DNA from: a virus
Lineage: Duplodnaviria > Caudoviricetes
DNA: 55,462 nucleotides
Reading direction: 5' to 3' (one strand)
Virus record (IMG/VR): IMGVR_UViG_3300028388_004387
Coordinates: 1 to 55,462 of that record
Shown: one piece after another, positions 1 to 8,369 of the stretch
Numbering within the stretch: the stretch's first letter is position 1
Layout of the letters: each line of letters opens with the position of its first letter
Made by a program: the position numbers and the translations under genes
The notes under the pieces: generated by a model
The model's input: the letters and a program-made list of their open reading frames with translations, nothing else
What the model was told of the DNA's origin: nothing
Databases searched by the model: none

Positions 1-99
1 ACAATAACAAACAATAACAAACAAAAACAAACGTCATGAATCAATTTAGAGAAACTTTTGAGGAGCTTACTTGGGAGCTAACAGGTACAGTAATAGTAG
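1..99. repeat. Terminal direct repeat, left copy (assembly overlap of a circular or circularly permuted genome)
   Basis: Bases 1-99 (ACAATAACAA...GTAATAGTAG) are identical to 55364-55462; 99 is a common assembler k-mer. Confidence 0.95.
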
Positions 100-260
100 G
101 CAACCAAATCTGCTGCGACATCGAGTGGAACAACGGAGAAAAGCAAGCGCAAATGGTTACCATAGACGTGCCCGAGGACTTTGACTTAAGCGACAAAGAG
201 GCGCGTAGAGAATACTGCCTAAGCGAGCTTGGATTGGTACTTGATTACGAACCTGCATAA
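36..260 (+). CDS. Hypothetical early protein (74 aa, acidic)
   Basis: First ORF after the promoter cassette at 55327-55361 across the circular junction; leader ends CAAACGTCATG as in other cassettes. Confidence 0.75.
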   Translation: MNQFRETFEELTWELTGTVIVGNQICCDIEWNNGEKQAQMVTIDVPEDFDLSDKEARREYCLSELGLVLDYEPA

Positions 261-268
261 AACGGAAA

Positions 269-1066
269 ATGAAAGCAAACGAAACAACGCACCTCCCCTC
301 CCCTGCACAGTGGGAGGCGGATGTGCAAAGCGATGTGAAAAAGGTGCTGGAGCTATCCCAGCAAATAGAAATGTCTGACCCGCAAGACGCGGAGCAGCTA
401 AAGCACGCAGACGGCATGCGCAAAGCTCTAAAGAAGCTGCGCACTGCGATAGAGGCGCGTAGAAAGGAGCTCACGGCTCCAGCGCTGCAATACCAGCGAG
501 ACCTTAAGAAAGTTGCTGACACGCTTATGATGCCGCTGAGAAAAAGAGAAAACCAGATACAAGCGTTCTGCGACGAAGCAGCAAGGATTGAAGAGGAGAA
601 AAAGCGAGAGCAGGAGCGCCTACGCCAGGAGGAGATGAACCGCAGGCTGCAATACCTTAAGGAGCTGCGCGGGTATGTAGACCACGGTGCCGGGCAAGTA
701 GTGCTATTCGACGGGACGAATATCAGCTTAGCGGAATGGCAAGCAATGCCGCCCGAAGAGTTTGACGCTTACATTGCAAAAGTGCGCCCAGCTATTGTTG
801 AGGAGATACGCCAAATGGAGGTGTTGCAGCAGCAGCTTAAAGAGAAGAAAGAAGCTGAAGCACGCGCAGCTAAACAGCAACCTGAGGAACCGGCATCAGC
901 TACGCCAAAAGCGCAGCAGCCAAACCCGGCAGAGGAGTCTGCTCCTCAAGTGCCTCACGGCATGCTCAAATTTGCACGCTGGTTTAAAGACAACAAATAC
1001 GTCTGCACGAAGGATGGGCAGCAGCACGATATTGAAAACGTACTAAAGGAATATATGTATGGATAA
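269..1066 (+). CDS. Coiled-coil hypothetical protein
   Basis: 265-aa ORF with long E/K/R/Q-rich helical segments (IEARRKELTAP); A-rich leader. Confidence 0.75.
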   Translation: MKANETTHLPSPAQWEADVQSDVKKVLELSQQIEMSDPQDAEQLKHADGMRKALKKLRTAIEARRKELTAPALQYQRDLKKVADTLMMPLRKRENQIQAFCDEAARIEEEKKREQERLRQEEMNRRLQYLKELRGYVDHGAGQVVLFDGTNISLAEWQAMPPEEFDAYIAKVRPAIVEEIRQMEVLQQQLKEKKEAEARAAKQQPEEPASATPKAQQPNPAEESAPQVPHGMLKFARWFKDNKYVCTKDGQQHDIENVLKEYMYG

Positions 1067-1505
1067 CCTTAAAAGCCTTGCGCCTAAAGCTCCAAAAATG
1101 CACCGGCGCATGATAATTGAAAAAGACGGCAGGAGAGTCTGCGCTTATGTTAAGGGCGCAGCTCCAGCGCTCAATATTTACATGCTGCATTATAAAGACG
1201 AGGATGGGCTTGTTTGGGCAGAGCAGACAAAAATACTGAACCCGGAGTGGGTAAAGCTGGGAGCGCTTGTGGTGCAGGTTGTGCTGTGGTTTCTTAGACG
1301 TGCAAAGATGCCTGGCTATATTTACACGCTGCATAAAGGAGAGCGCAAGATATACCAATACCGCATGTACTACGATATGAACATGTTCGTGGCAGAGTAC
1401 AGCACAAAAGACGGCGAGGTAGTCGCGCGTGAAAAAGGCGAAACAGAAAGGGAAGCAAAAAAGAGGCTTTATGACACCATTGACGCGCTCGGCTTTCTGT
1501 ATTAA
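1059..1505 (+). CDS. Hypothetical protein
   Basis: 148-aa ORF overlapping the upstream stop by 8 nt. Confidence 0.7.
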   Translation: MDNLKSLAPKAPKMHRRMIIEKDGRRVCAYVKGAAPALNIYMLHYKDEDGLVWAEQTKILNPEWVKLGALVVQVVLWFLRRAKMPGYIYTLHKGERKIYQYRMYYDMNMFVAEYSTKDGEVVAREKGETEREAKKRLYDTIDALGFLY

Positions 1506-1518
1506 GCTTGGGAGATAT

Positions 1519-1788
1519 GTGTGGCTAAGCGCGCAGGAAATGCAAGGCGAAAGCTTAGACAAAGACATGCACGTTTCGCTTTATGTTAACCCAAGTAAAG
1601 GTACCTACCTATTAGAATTTTTTGTAAATTGTGTAGGTCACTCGCGGCTTCTAACCAGTGATGTAGAGTTAGTGGGTGAGCTGATTGATTATAGCACAGG
1701 TAAAAACATTCAACAGGCGTTATTTCAATACCCGACTTCGATGCGGGAGAGCTCCCTTATTGGTGATAAAGCTATCCAGCTACTTTGA
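1519..1788 (+). CDS. Hypothetical protein (start uncertain)
   Basis: Distal part of ORF 1429-1788; in-frame GTG at 1519 or ATG at 1540 avoids a long overlap. Confidence 0.5.
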   Translation: MWLSAQEMQGESLDKDMHVSLYVNPSKGTYLLEFFVNCVGHSRLLTSDVELVGELIDYSTGKNIQQALFQYPTSMRESSLIGDKAIQLL

Positions 1789-1795
1789 AGTAGGA

Positions 1796-1969
1796 ATGAA
1801 GCCGCCTGCTAAGCTGCTAAGCACTTGCCAGCTACTGCACCCAGAATATTTCTACAAAGAGCCGTTCTGGAGGAGGTGGTATAATAGTTGGAAGGCGGCA
1901 AGGGAGTTTAACCAAGCGATTGAAAATCTAAGCAATGACATACAGCAAACGACAAGACCAAGCGATTAA
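1796..1969 (+). CDS. Small hypothetical protein
   Basis: In-frame ATG at 1796 inside ORF 1685-1969 (MKPPAKLLSTC...). Confidence 0.45.
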   Translation: MKPPAKLLSTCQLLHPEYFYKEPFWRRWYNSWKAAREFNQAIENLSNDIQQTTRPSD

Positions 1970-2114
1970 AGAGCAGCTTTTGAACAGCGGGCAGCTAACG
2001 GAAAAGGAAGCGGAGGAGCTGCGCAAAGCACAAAGCACAGACAGCTTAGGTGCCAGGCTGCGCAAAATGATAGGCACAATCAAAAAGAAACTAAAGTCAG
2101 AACCAAAGCAATGA
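1935..2114 (+). CDS. Small hypothetical protein (59 aa, below the ORF-track cutoff)
   Basis: Hand translation MTYSKRQDQAIKEQLLNSG...KSEPKQ; stop overlaps the next start (ATGA at 2111). Confidence 0.55.
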   Translation: MTYSKRQDQAIKEQLLNSGQLTEKEAEELRKAQSTDSLGARLRKMIGTIKKKLKSEPKQ

Positions 2115-2551
2115 AGCGAATACCAGAATCAATTATCCCAGAGGATGTAAGCAAGGACTTAAGCGGAGACGAGCTTAGGCAAATGGTTGCAGATAACGCC
2201 GACGTAATTTATCCGCTACACGAGTACAAGCACACGTTCACAGAAAGAGAAGTGCAGTACATGGAGGAGGTGCTTGTTGCAAAGCAGCTTGAGCTGTACG
2301 GCTTAGAGAAGCACCTTGAGCGGATAAAGGAAGAGCATAAGCAAAAGATGGACCCGCTGAAAAGCACGATTAAGGAGTGCGTTAAAGGCTTAAGCGCAGG
2401 CAGCGAAATGAGGATGGCAGACGCTTTTGGGTACCGCCACGGAGACAAAATGGCACTGTATAACCAACACGGGAAATTGATATATGTTCGGGATGTAAAC
2501 GCTACTGAACAGCAAGGCACGCTGATGGGAGCTATCAGAGAGGAGGAATAA
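2111..2551 (+). CDS. Hypothetical protein (coiled coil plus C-terminal MALYN..GKL segment)
   Basis: 146-aa ORF with an ATGA-coupled start. Confidence 0.75.
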   Translation: MKRIPESIIPEDVSKDLSGDELRQMVADNADVIYPLHEYKHTFTEREVQYMEEVLVAKQLELYGLEKHLERIKEEHKQKMDPLKSTIKECVKGLSAGSEMRMADAFGYRHGDKMALYNQHGKLIYVRDVNATEQQGTLMGAIREEE

Positions 2552-2599
2552 GAAACGAAAAGAATGCAGAGCCATACAATATACCAAAAAGCAAAAAGA

Positions 2600-3157
2600 A
2601 TGCGAGAGAAGCTAAATCTCGCAGCGACAGCAGCAATCTTCGTTTTCCTTTTAACTGCGTTGCAAAGCATAGCTCAAAACAAGACTTTCATCTACAACGG
2701 ATATGTCAGCCACTTTAGCTTGGAGTACCAATGCCCGCTGCGCGTAACGTACAGAGTAGAGGCGAAGGAAGGAGATTGTGAGCGCGGCAGGTTTTATGCA
2801 GCAGAGGGAACGCACAAGCCAGACGCCTACTTCGGCACGGGATACGAGCGTGGGCACTGCGCTCCAGCAGCCAACTTCAAGCACGACTGTGAAATGATGG
2901 AGGAGAGCTTTAGCATGCACAACGTATTTCCACAAACACTGTTCACTAATCGCAGGAGCTGGAAATGGACAGAGGAATACGAGAGGAAGCTTGCAGAGCT
3001 CGAAGGGTGTGTGGTAGTACAAGTAGAGCTGTCATGCTTTGTGCAGTCGCAAGGCTTATGGGTGCCCACAATGCTAAGCAAAAAAGTCAGCCGGTGCTGG
3101 GAGCCGGAAATACTATTTGAATTTATTACTCCAAACCTAACATACGAAGCAAAATGA
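2600..3157 (+). CDS. DNA/RNA non-specific endonuclease (NucA/EndoG-type beta-beta-alpha-Me) with predicted Sec signal peptide
   Basis: Motifs YERGHCAPAA, ESFSMHNVFPQ, NRRSWKWTEEYER; N-terminus MREKLNLAATAAIFVFLLTALQSIA|Q. Alternative start at 2564. Confidence 0.88.
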   Translation: MREKLNLAATAAIFVFLLTALQSIAQNKTFIYNGYVSHFSLEYQCPLRVTYRVEAKEGDCERGRFYAAEGTHKPDAYFGTGYERGHCAPAANFKHDCEMMEESFSMHNVFPQTLFTNRRSWKWTEEYERKLAELEGCVVVQVELSCFVQSQGLWVPTMLSKKVSRCWEPEILFEFITPNLTYEAK

Positions 3158-3546
3158 ACGGAATGCGTAACCTACCAAAAATCGCACAGCACGAGCCTCC
3201 CTCACAACGCGGGCAAGGCTTTGTACACCAAAACAGATATCGCCCACCACGAAAGATTGTGCCCTGGAGCGAGTTGTACCGTAAAGTGCAGATGGGTATT
3301 GAGCTAAACCCAATAGAACGTTTTGTCTATCTGCACGAACCGCATCGCTGCGACGACAACCTGTGGGACTTAGCTTTGTTTGAAGCGCTTATGTATGCTC
3401 AAAAGCAAAGTGATGTAAAACAGCTAAAGGGCACAAAAGCACCCGCTGGCAGAGCTGCAAATATGCAAAAAAGGGGAAACGGCAAAACCGCAAGCATGCC
3501 CACTCCCGAAAAGCGTAAAGCATACAACAGCGTCGCCCATAAGTAA
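3154..3546 (+). CDS. Hypothetical protein
   Basis: 130-aa ORF with an ATGA-coupled start. Confidence 0.65.
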   Translation: MNGMRNLPKIAQHEPPSQRGQGFVHQNRYRPPRKIVPWSELYRKVQMGIELNPIERFVYLHEPHRCDDNLWDLALFEALMYAQKQSDVKQLKGTKAPAGRAANMQKRGNGKTASMPTPEKRKAYNSVAHK

Positions 3547-3587
3547 ACACCAAGCGAATAGCTTCGCTATTCCCCAACTCAAAAGCC

Positions 3588-4157
3588 ATGGCTACACTGG
3601 ATAAAGCACAAATACTCGCACAGCTCCAAAGCTCAATTTCCGTAGTAAGAAACTTCCTTGTCGAGGCACTGAAAAATGAACTCCACGCACAAGGACACGT
3701 TAACACAGGAGCGCTGGCAAACAGCATTGAAGGGCAGATAAAGCAAGTGGCAGACGTTATTGTTTTGACAGTGTGGATGAATGACTATTGGATAAACGTG
3801 AACCGCGGAGTGGGAGCGGATAAGATTCCGTACAGCCCAGGCAGCGGTGCAGGCAGTAGCAACTACATACAAGGCCTTATTGATTTCTTTATGAGCAAAG
3901 GGTTGCAGTTTGACGAGGCGCGTGGTGCTGCATTTGCAACAGCAAACGCACACAAGCGAGAGGGGATGCCCACTAAAGGGAGCTACCGCTTTTCAGATAA
4001 CGGCAGGCGTTTGGGCTTTGTTGACCACACCATAGCAGAGGAGCAACAGCGCATTGACGAGCTACTAACCAACAACACGTTCACGGGAGTTGAGAAAGCG
4101 TTTTATGACTTCCTGGGGAGGGTAGCGCAGGAGAATGGAGCAACTATAAAGCTATAA
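3588..4157 (+). CDS. Putative tail-completion/neck protein (HK97 gp10-like)
   Basis: TGALANSI motif, Y(W)INVNRG, and basic I.R.G-like segment followed by F-containing helix, typical of this family. Confidence 0.6.
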   Translation: MATLDKAQILAQLQSSISVVRNFLVEALKNELHAQGHVNTGALANSIEGQIKQVADVIVLTVWMNDYWINVNRGVGADKIPYSPGSGAGSSNYIQGLIDFFMSKGLQFDEARGAAFATANAHKREGMPTKGSYRFSDNGRRLGFVDHTIAEEQQRIDELLTNNTFTGVEKAFYDFLGRVAQENGATIKL

Positions 4158-4169
4158 AACCAAGTGACA

Positions 4170-4253
4170 ATGAACTTCCCACTTATGCTGGCGATAGTAA
4201 TAGCAGGCAATGCTGTAATGCTGTGGCTACTGTTTAAAGGAAAGAAGAAATGA
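4170..4253 (+). CDS. 27-aa single-pass membrane peptide
   Basis: Hand translation MNFPLMLAIVIAGNAVMLWLLFKGKKK; stop overlaps the start at 4250. Confidence 0.5.
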   Translation: MNFPLMLAIVIAGNAVMLWLLFKGKKK

Positions 4254-4465
4254 ATTTTGACTTTGCAGCGCGTAAAAGCGGACCGGCTACCCTGCCTGGA
4301 CGTAATATTGGAGCATGCCATAGGCTACATGAGAGGCCGAACAACGAGAGCGCTGCACAGGTTTTGGGTAAAGACCTGACCATATGCTTGTTATGGCATG
4401 CTAAAGGGCGCGCAAGCTGCGAGAGTGCTATGCGCAGGCAAATGTGTCTGCGATATTCAGCTTGA
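4250..4465 (+). CDS. Small hypothetical protein
   Basis: 71-aa ORF ending just before a terminator. Confidence 0.4.
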   Translation: MNFDFAARKSGPATLPGRNIGACHRLHERPNNESAAQVLGKDLTICLLWHAKGRASCESAMRRQMCLRYSA

Positions 4466-4470
4466 TTTGG

Positions 4471-4505
4471 GAGCCGGGTGCAGGGATGACACTCGGCTCT
4501 TTTTT
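4471..4505 (+). terminator. Intrinsic terminator
   Basis: GAGCCGGGTG-loop-CACTCGGCTC followed by a T-run, directly before a promoter cassette. Confidence 0.8.
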
Positions 4506-4521
4506 AAAAAAGCTGCAAGAT

Positions 4522-4556
4522 ACTTGCATAGTAAAGTAAAGCACTTTATATTTGTA
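4522..4556 (+). promoter_or_regulatory. Repeated early promoter/operator cassette, copy 1
   Basis: ACTTGCATAGTAAAGTAAAGCACTTTATATTTGTA; -33-like TTG and -7 TAtaTTTG (4547-4554); inverted repeat TAAAGT-N5-ACTTTA in the spacer. Confidence 0.85.
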
Positions 4557-4589
4557 ATGCAATAACGCACAAACAGCAAAACAAACGTC

Positions 4590-4862
4590 ATGATTCACGT
4601 ATTAACAGAAAAAGATTTTACCTACTGTGTCATTTGCGACTCTCAAATCCATGTTGTCGAAAAAATAAACTGGCACACCTACAAGCTTACTCGCATAAGC
4701 AGAGTCAACAACGCAAAAACCACAGGGCTTATTTCATCCTTAGATTGGGAAGACTTTGTGTACACATGCAAGGAGCACCAAATGGAAAGCACTTGCGAAA
4801 AGTGGATGGATGAATTGGTAATCGTTGATAAGGCTGTTGACAGAGCTGTAGACCCTGTCTAA
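4590..4862 (+). CDS. Hypothetical early protein
   Basis: First ORF after cassette copy 1; leader CAAACGTCATG. Confidence 0.75.
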   Translation: MIHVLTEKDFTYCVICDSQIHVVEKINWHTYKLTRISRVNNAKTTGLISSLDWEDFVYTCKEHQMESTCEKWMDELVIVDKAVDRAVDPV

Positions 4863-4924
4863 TAAAACAAGCTGCGCAGCTTCTGCATAAGCGCTGGAGC
4901 TGCGCGCTTATTAAACTAAGCCAT

Positions 4925-5677
4925 ATGGAAAGCTCGAATAACAAGGCCGTAGAAATAGCAAACGCCCTGAGCAACGGAAGCCCCATGTGTTATTATGACG
5001 TGCGGTATTTCCTAAATCAGCACCCGCGGTTTCTTAACGCGGAGTATGTGTGCACACTAAAGGAATGGCGGGAGCAAGGGAGCGTCTGCAAGGCATGGCC
5101 GTTCTGGGAAGCGTACCGCTACCTGGGGCCGCAAGATATATGTATATTCTCTTTAGGCGACAAGTATTATGCAGTAGCATGGTATGGGGTGGTGCCCACC
5201 TACACTCCCAGCGTAAGGTTCCGACGCGTGTACTTCGACCGCCAGCCGCCTCGTCGCCGGAATCAGCGCACCTACAATATCGCTGATAACACCATAATAG
5301 ATACGCAGAGCCGCGAGGATAACGATTGTCAGGTGCGTTGCCTTGCTGAAATAACTCAACGCCCGTACAGTGAAATTCTCAAGCGCATGCAGCAGCTTGG
5401 GTGGAGCGCGAAGACGCCCGGCAGGTGGGAGCAAGACAGAATAGACGCTGTGCTGAAAGCGTACGGGCTAAAGAGGGTAGAGGTGTTTGCAAAGAAGTGG
5501 AATGACAAAACCGTGCAAGCACGCAACGCTGGGAAGCTAATTGAGCAGCATCACAGCGCGTGGCATACTGTACTCGTGTCAGGGCACGTTGCAGCGTGGA
5601 AGGAAGGTATGCTGTATGACTCTTGGGATAGCGGCAGGAGGCTTGTGCTGCGCATCGAGAGAATAGAGCCTCTCTAA
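4925..5677 (+). CDS. Two-domain protein with C-terminal putative papain/C39-like Cys-His-Asp domain
   Basis: NDCQVRCLA ... GHVAAWKEGMLYDSWDS pattern in the C-terminal half. Confidence 0.55.
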   Translation: MESSNNKAVEIANALSNGSPMCYYDVRYFLNQHPRFLNAEYVCTLKEWREQGSVCKAWPFWEAYRYLGPQDICIFSLGDKYYAVAWYGVVPTYTPSVRFRRVYFDRQPPRRRNQRTYNIADNTIIDTQSREDNDCQVRCLAEITQRPYSEILKRMQQLGWSAKTPGRWEQDRIDAVLKAYGLKRVEVFAKKWNDKTVQARNAGKLIEQHHSAWHTVLVSGHVAAWKEGMLYDSWDSGRRLVLRIERIEPL

Positions 5678-5703
5678 AAAAATTTAAAATCTTTTTGGAA
5701 GAT

Positions 5704-5738
5704 ACTTGCACAGTAAAGTAAAGCACTTTATATTTGTA
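5704..5738 (+). promoter_or_regulatory. Repeated early promoter/operator cassette, copy 2
   Basis: ACTTGCACAGTAAAGTAAAGCACTTTATATTTGTA. Confidence 0.85.
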
Positions 5739-5768
5739 GTACATTAGCAAACAAACAAAACAAACGTC

Positions 5769-5981
5769 ATGAAAAAATTATTTGCAATTATCTACAGAGA
5801 AGCACAAGGATACTACGGATACAACAAAGACGTGGTAGAAATGGTTTCCGTAAAAGATGTAAACACTGCATGCAGCGAAGACGCTCGCTTTGAAGTGTAC
5901 TGCACAGAGAAGAACGATGTAGACGCATGCTTAACGCACAGAGAAGCTAAAGCATGGGCAGCTAAAAACCTAAAGAAGTAA
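5769..5981 (+). CDS. Hypothetical early protein
   Basis: First ORF after cassette copy 2; leader CAAACGTCATG. Confidence 0.75.
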   Translation: MKKLFAIIYREAQGYYGYNKDVVEMVSVKDVNTACSEDARFEVYCTEKNDVDACLTHREAKAWAAKNLKK

Positions 5982-6034
5982 ACACAATTTTCAACCCGGG
6001 GGGCGTACAGCGCCCTCCACAATACCTTTATCAA

Positions 6035-6892
6035 ATGTCAAATTTCACAAAAGAACGATTCAATTACGAAGTCCAAACTTCACCCGTCTACTTCGAGTGC
6101 GGAGGTGAGTTTTGCGAAGTGCCTAACAAGCAGATTATCAAAACCAGCGACAATAAGGTGCTTAGCATTATGAGCAAAAGCTACAACCTTTTCACCAACG
6201 AGCAGTTTTGCGACCTTGCAGAGCAAATCAGCGACACGCTAAGCTTGAAGCTGCAATGGTATGCAGACTACAAAGGAGGCAGACAAGTGCTTGCAAGCTT
6301 TAAAAACGAGAGCGAGCTTAGCATCCTGGGGCACACGTTCAACTCCAACATCGTCCTCTTTGATAGCCGAGACGGTACAACGTGCTTAGGCTTAGCTGGA
6401 GTGGGTATGCTGCACAGATGCAAGAACATGTTCACAAGCGTAAAGAACAGCAAGACGCAGTACAAAATCCGCCACAACAATAAGCTGGAGGAAATGGTAG
6501 CAGAGTTTCAGCTCAACCTTGAGATGTACCACATTGCAGCGCAGCAGCGCATCAAGCGATTGGAAGCACTTGAGGGCGTGAAAATCACAGACAAAAATGC
6601 TATGGAGTGGATAGCTAAGTGGCAGGAGACGCAAGCGGATAAAGTTGCGGGAGTGCTAAAGGGGAAAGAGGATGTCTTGGCTGAAGTTAGCACACGTAAG
6701 CAAGGGATAATCACTGACGCTTGGGAAAGCTGGAAAACAGAGAGCAACGACCTTGGGAAGAACGGCTTTGCACTTTGGAACGCCACCACCCACTACTACA
6801 CACACGCAAGAGACAAGAAGCCAACAGATTTTTTGTTCGCCGATGCAGGCTACCAAGAGGAGCGCAGCATCAAGTTCGCGGAGGCCTTATAA
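6035..6892 (+). CDS. DUF932-family protein
   Basis: Pattern Y.L.TN..F, GGRQV, L.DSRDGT, RCKN, IRH, and LWNATT.YYTH matches the DUF932 layout. Confidence 0.7.
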   Translation: MSNFTKERFNYEVQTSPVYFECGGEFCEVPNKQIIKTSDNKVLSIMSKSYNLFTNEQFCDLAEQISDTLSLKLQWYADYKGGRQVLASFKNESELSILGHTFNSNIVLFDSRDGTTCLGLAGVGMLHRCKNMFTSVKNSKTQYKIRHNNKLEEMVAEFQLNLEMYHIAAQQRIKRLEALEGVKITDKNAMEWIAKWQETQADKVAGVLKGKEDVLAEVSTRKQGIITDAWESWKTESNDLGKNGFALWNATTHYYTHARDKKPTDFLFADAGYQEERSIKFAEAL

Positions 6893-6909
6893 ACCAACCT
6901 CAAGTTCAC

Positions 6910-6942
6910 GCGCCTGGTACTGCATAGTGCCGGGCGCTCTTT
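6910..6942 (+). terminator. Probable intrinsic terminator
   Basis: GCGCCTGGTACT-GCAT-AGTGCCGGGCGC hairpin followed by TCTTT. Confidence 0.65.
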
Positions 6943-6977
6943 AGCTGTAAAAAAAATTTAAAATCTTTTTGGAAGAT

Positions 6978-7012
6978 ACTTGCACAGTAAAGTAAAGCAC
7001 TTTATATTTACA
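6978..7012 (+). promoter_or_regulatory. Repeated early promoter/operator cassette, copy 3
   Basis: ACTTGCACAGTAAAGTAAAGCACTTTATATTTACA; upstream AAAATTTAAAATCTTTTTGGAAGAT shared with copy 2. Confidence 0.82.
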
Positions 7013-7047
7013 GTACAATAACAAACAAACAACTAAAAACAAACGTC

Positions 7048-7311
7048 ATGAATCCACAAGTAAAAGTATCTTTCGCAGACAATCAAGTTACCACTACCTA
7101 CACAGCAGGAAACGCAGTCCTAATCGTTAAGCAGGACACAAAGTATAACACAAGCATAATAACCATGCAGCACATGTACGGTAGGTTTCAAGCTGTAAAA
7201 GCAGCATGCAGCCCACAGGAGGCTTCTTACATTATGTCAAACTTCTTGAACAATGAGCTGAAAGAGGCACACGGAGCTCTTAAGTGCTGCGACGGAGCTG
7301 AATTGTTTTAG
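7048..7311 (+). CDS. Hypothetical early protein, paralog of 55020-55307
   Basis: Shared GNAVL.VK, H...RFQ, S.QE....MS.FL, AH.A.K...GAE. Confidence 0.8.
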   Translation: MNPQVKVSFADNQVTTTYTAGNAVLIVKQDTKYNTSIITMQHMYGRFQAVKAACSPQEASYIMSNFLNNELKEAHGALKCCDGAELF

Positions 7312-7371
7312 TCGAAACGCGCATTGCTGCGCGTCTACGGGAATAAGCCTACCCGTACTGAAGAGACAGGC
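7311..7371 (+). ncRNA. Hammerhead ribozyme, type II, with pseudoknot
   Basis: GTC-GAAA-CGCGCA(TTGC)TGCGCG-TC-TACGGG(AATAAGCCTA)CCCGTA-CTGAAGA-GAC-AGGC; all core nucleotides and stems I-III present; loop GCCT can pair with 3' AGGC; predicted cleavage after GUC at 7335. Confidence 0.92.
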
Positions 7372-7397
7372 AATAACAAACAAACAATCAAACAGTC

Positions 7398-7697
7398 ATG
7401 GGAAAAAATTTAAGAGTTACAATCAAAGAGGAAAGAGGCATGCGCACCAGCGTCCTTTGGACGCGATACACGCAGGACAAGCTTGGATTTGAAATTCGCG
7501 GGCACAGCTTAGGTGGACAGATGTTCATTTGCAGGATGCTTGAGGAGTGGGAGCCAGACGATGAATGCGACCAGTACCGCTTTGGGAAAATTGACGAAAT
7601 GGGCTTGCTCCCTTATGAGGTAGCGTACTTGCTGGACACGGTACAAGACAAAGGTATGGAAGCTGCGCACACGTTCCTTAAAAGCTTAAACCGATGA
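7398..7697 (+). CDS. Hypothetical protein
   Basis: 99-aa ORF with an AC-rich leader just downstream of the ribozyme. Confidence 0.75.
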   Translation: MGKNLRVTIKEERGMRTSVLWTRYTQDKLGFEIRGHSLGGQMFICRMLEEWEPDDECDQYRFGKIDEMGLLPYEVAYLLDTVQDKGMEAAHTFLKSLNR

Positions 7698-7933
7698 AAA
7701 AGAAATATGACGTTTTCCAATCTATGCAGCGCGGGGTCGTGCTGTTTATCATCATCACGATACTCGTGTTCTGCATAGTTGGTGCCTTAGAGGAGTCGCT
7801 CAACCCTGCCAGCTGGAGTAATGCAGCATCAGTCGCATTCGCGGTTGGAGTGTTCTGCGCAGCACTTGTAGGCATGCAGCACGCGATAGAAATTTGTGAC
7901 TTTAAAAGCAAGGACGATGGTAAAGGGATTTGA
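7694..7933 (+). CDS. Small membrane protein (2 TM)
   Basis: Hydrophobic segments VVLFIIITILVFCIVGAL and VAFAVGVFCAALVGM. Confidence 0.7.
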   Translation: MKKKYDVFQSMQRGVVLFIIITILVFCIVGALEESLNPASWSNAASVAFAVGVFCAALVGMQHAIEICDFKSKDDGKGI

Positions 7934-8348
7934 GGAGATTACTTACGAGGTAACAGACAATGAGCGCAAGCTTGCTAAGCAGATTTGGAGGATACTGCAA
8001 TCACGCCAAGGGGAGTATGTAACCAACGACCAGCTGCAAGAGCTGTTAGGCAAGAAGGTAGGCAATGCGCGCATCAGAAAAATCATACAGCACATTCGCA
8101 AGGTAGCGGCAAGCAACACAGTGCAAAAGCCAATGCCAGCAGTCATAGGAAATAAGAACGGCTATATGATGACACGCGATTTGCAAATGCAGCACGACCA
8201 CATCATTAGCCTTGCGCAAAAGATAAGCGCGCTGCAAACAAGCTTAAGAGCTGCTGACATAATTTACCGCAGGCAGCTGGAGCTTGAGAATAAAGCTTAC
8301 CAATTGAGTATTTACGCTGAACTTGGAATAGATGCAGAAGAAGAATAA
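7917..8348 (+). CDS. Putative winged-helix DNA-binding protein
   Basis: VTNDQLQELLG..VGNARIRKIIQHIR ... VIGNKNGY resembles an HTH plus wing. Confidence 0.6.
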   Translation: MVKGFEEITYEVTDNERKLAKQIWRILQSRQGEYVTNDQLQELLGKKVGNARIRKIIQHIRKVAASNTVQKPMPAVIGNKNGYMMTRDLQMQHDHIISLAQKISALQTSLRAADIIYRRQLELENKAYQLSIYAELGIDAEEE

Positions 8349-8356
8349 TATATTTG
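8349..8356 (+). promoter_or_regulatory. Bacteroidota -7 promoter element (TAtaTTTG)
   Basis: Exact TAnnTTTG in a short intergenic gap before 8370. Confidence 0.4.
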
Positions 8357-8369
8357 TATTTTTGCCTAT

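Noticed and set aside
1-35. ACAA/ACAATA tandem repeats as a microsatellite or contingency locus
   Set aside because: Similar AC-rich tracts precede each cassette-driven start codon and fit unstructured A-rich Bacteroidota translation leaders.
4522-7048. Repeated 35-bp motif as a CRISPR array or attachment sites
   Set aside because: Copies are more than 1 kb apart here, separated by whole genes, and match the Bacteroidota promoter consensus; no cas or integrase gene was recognised.
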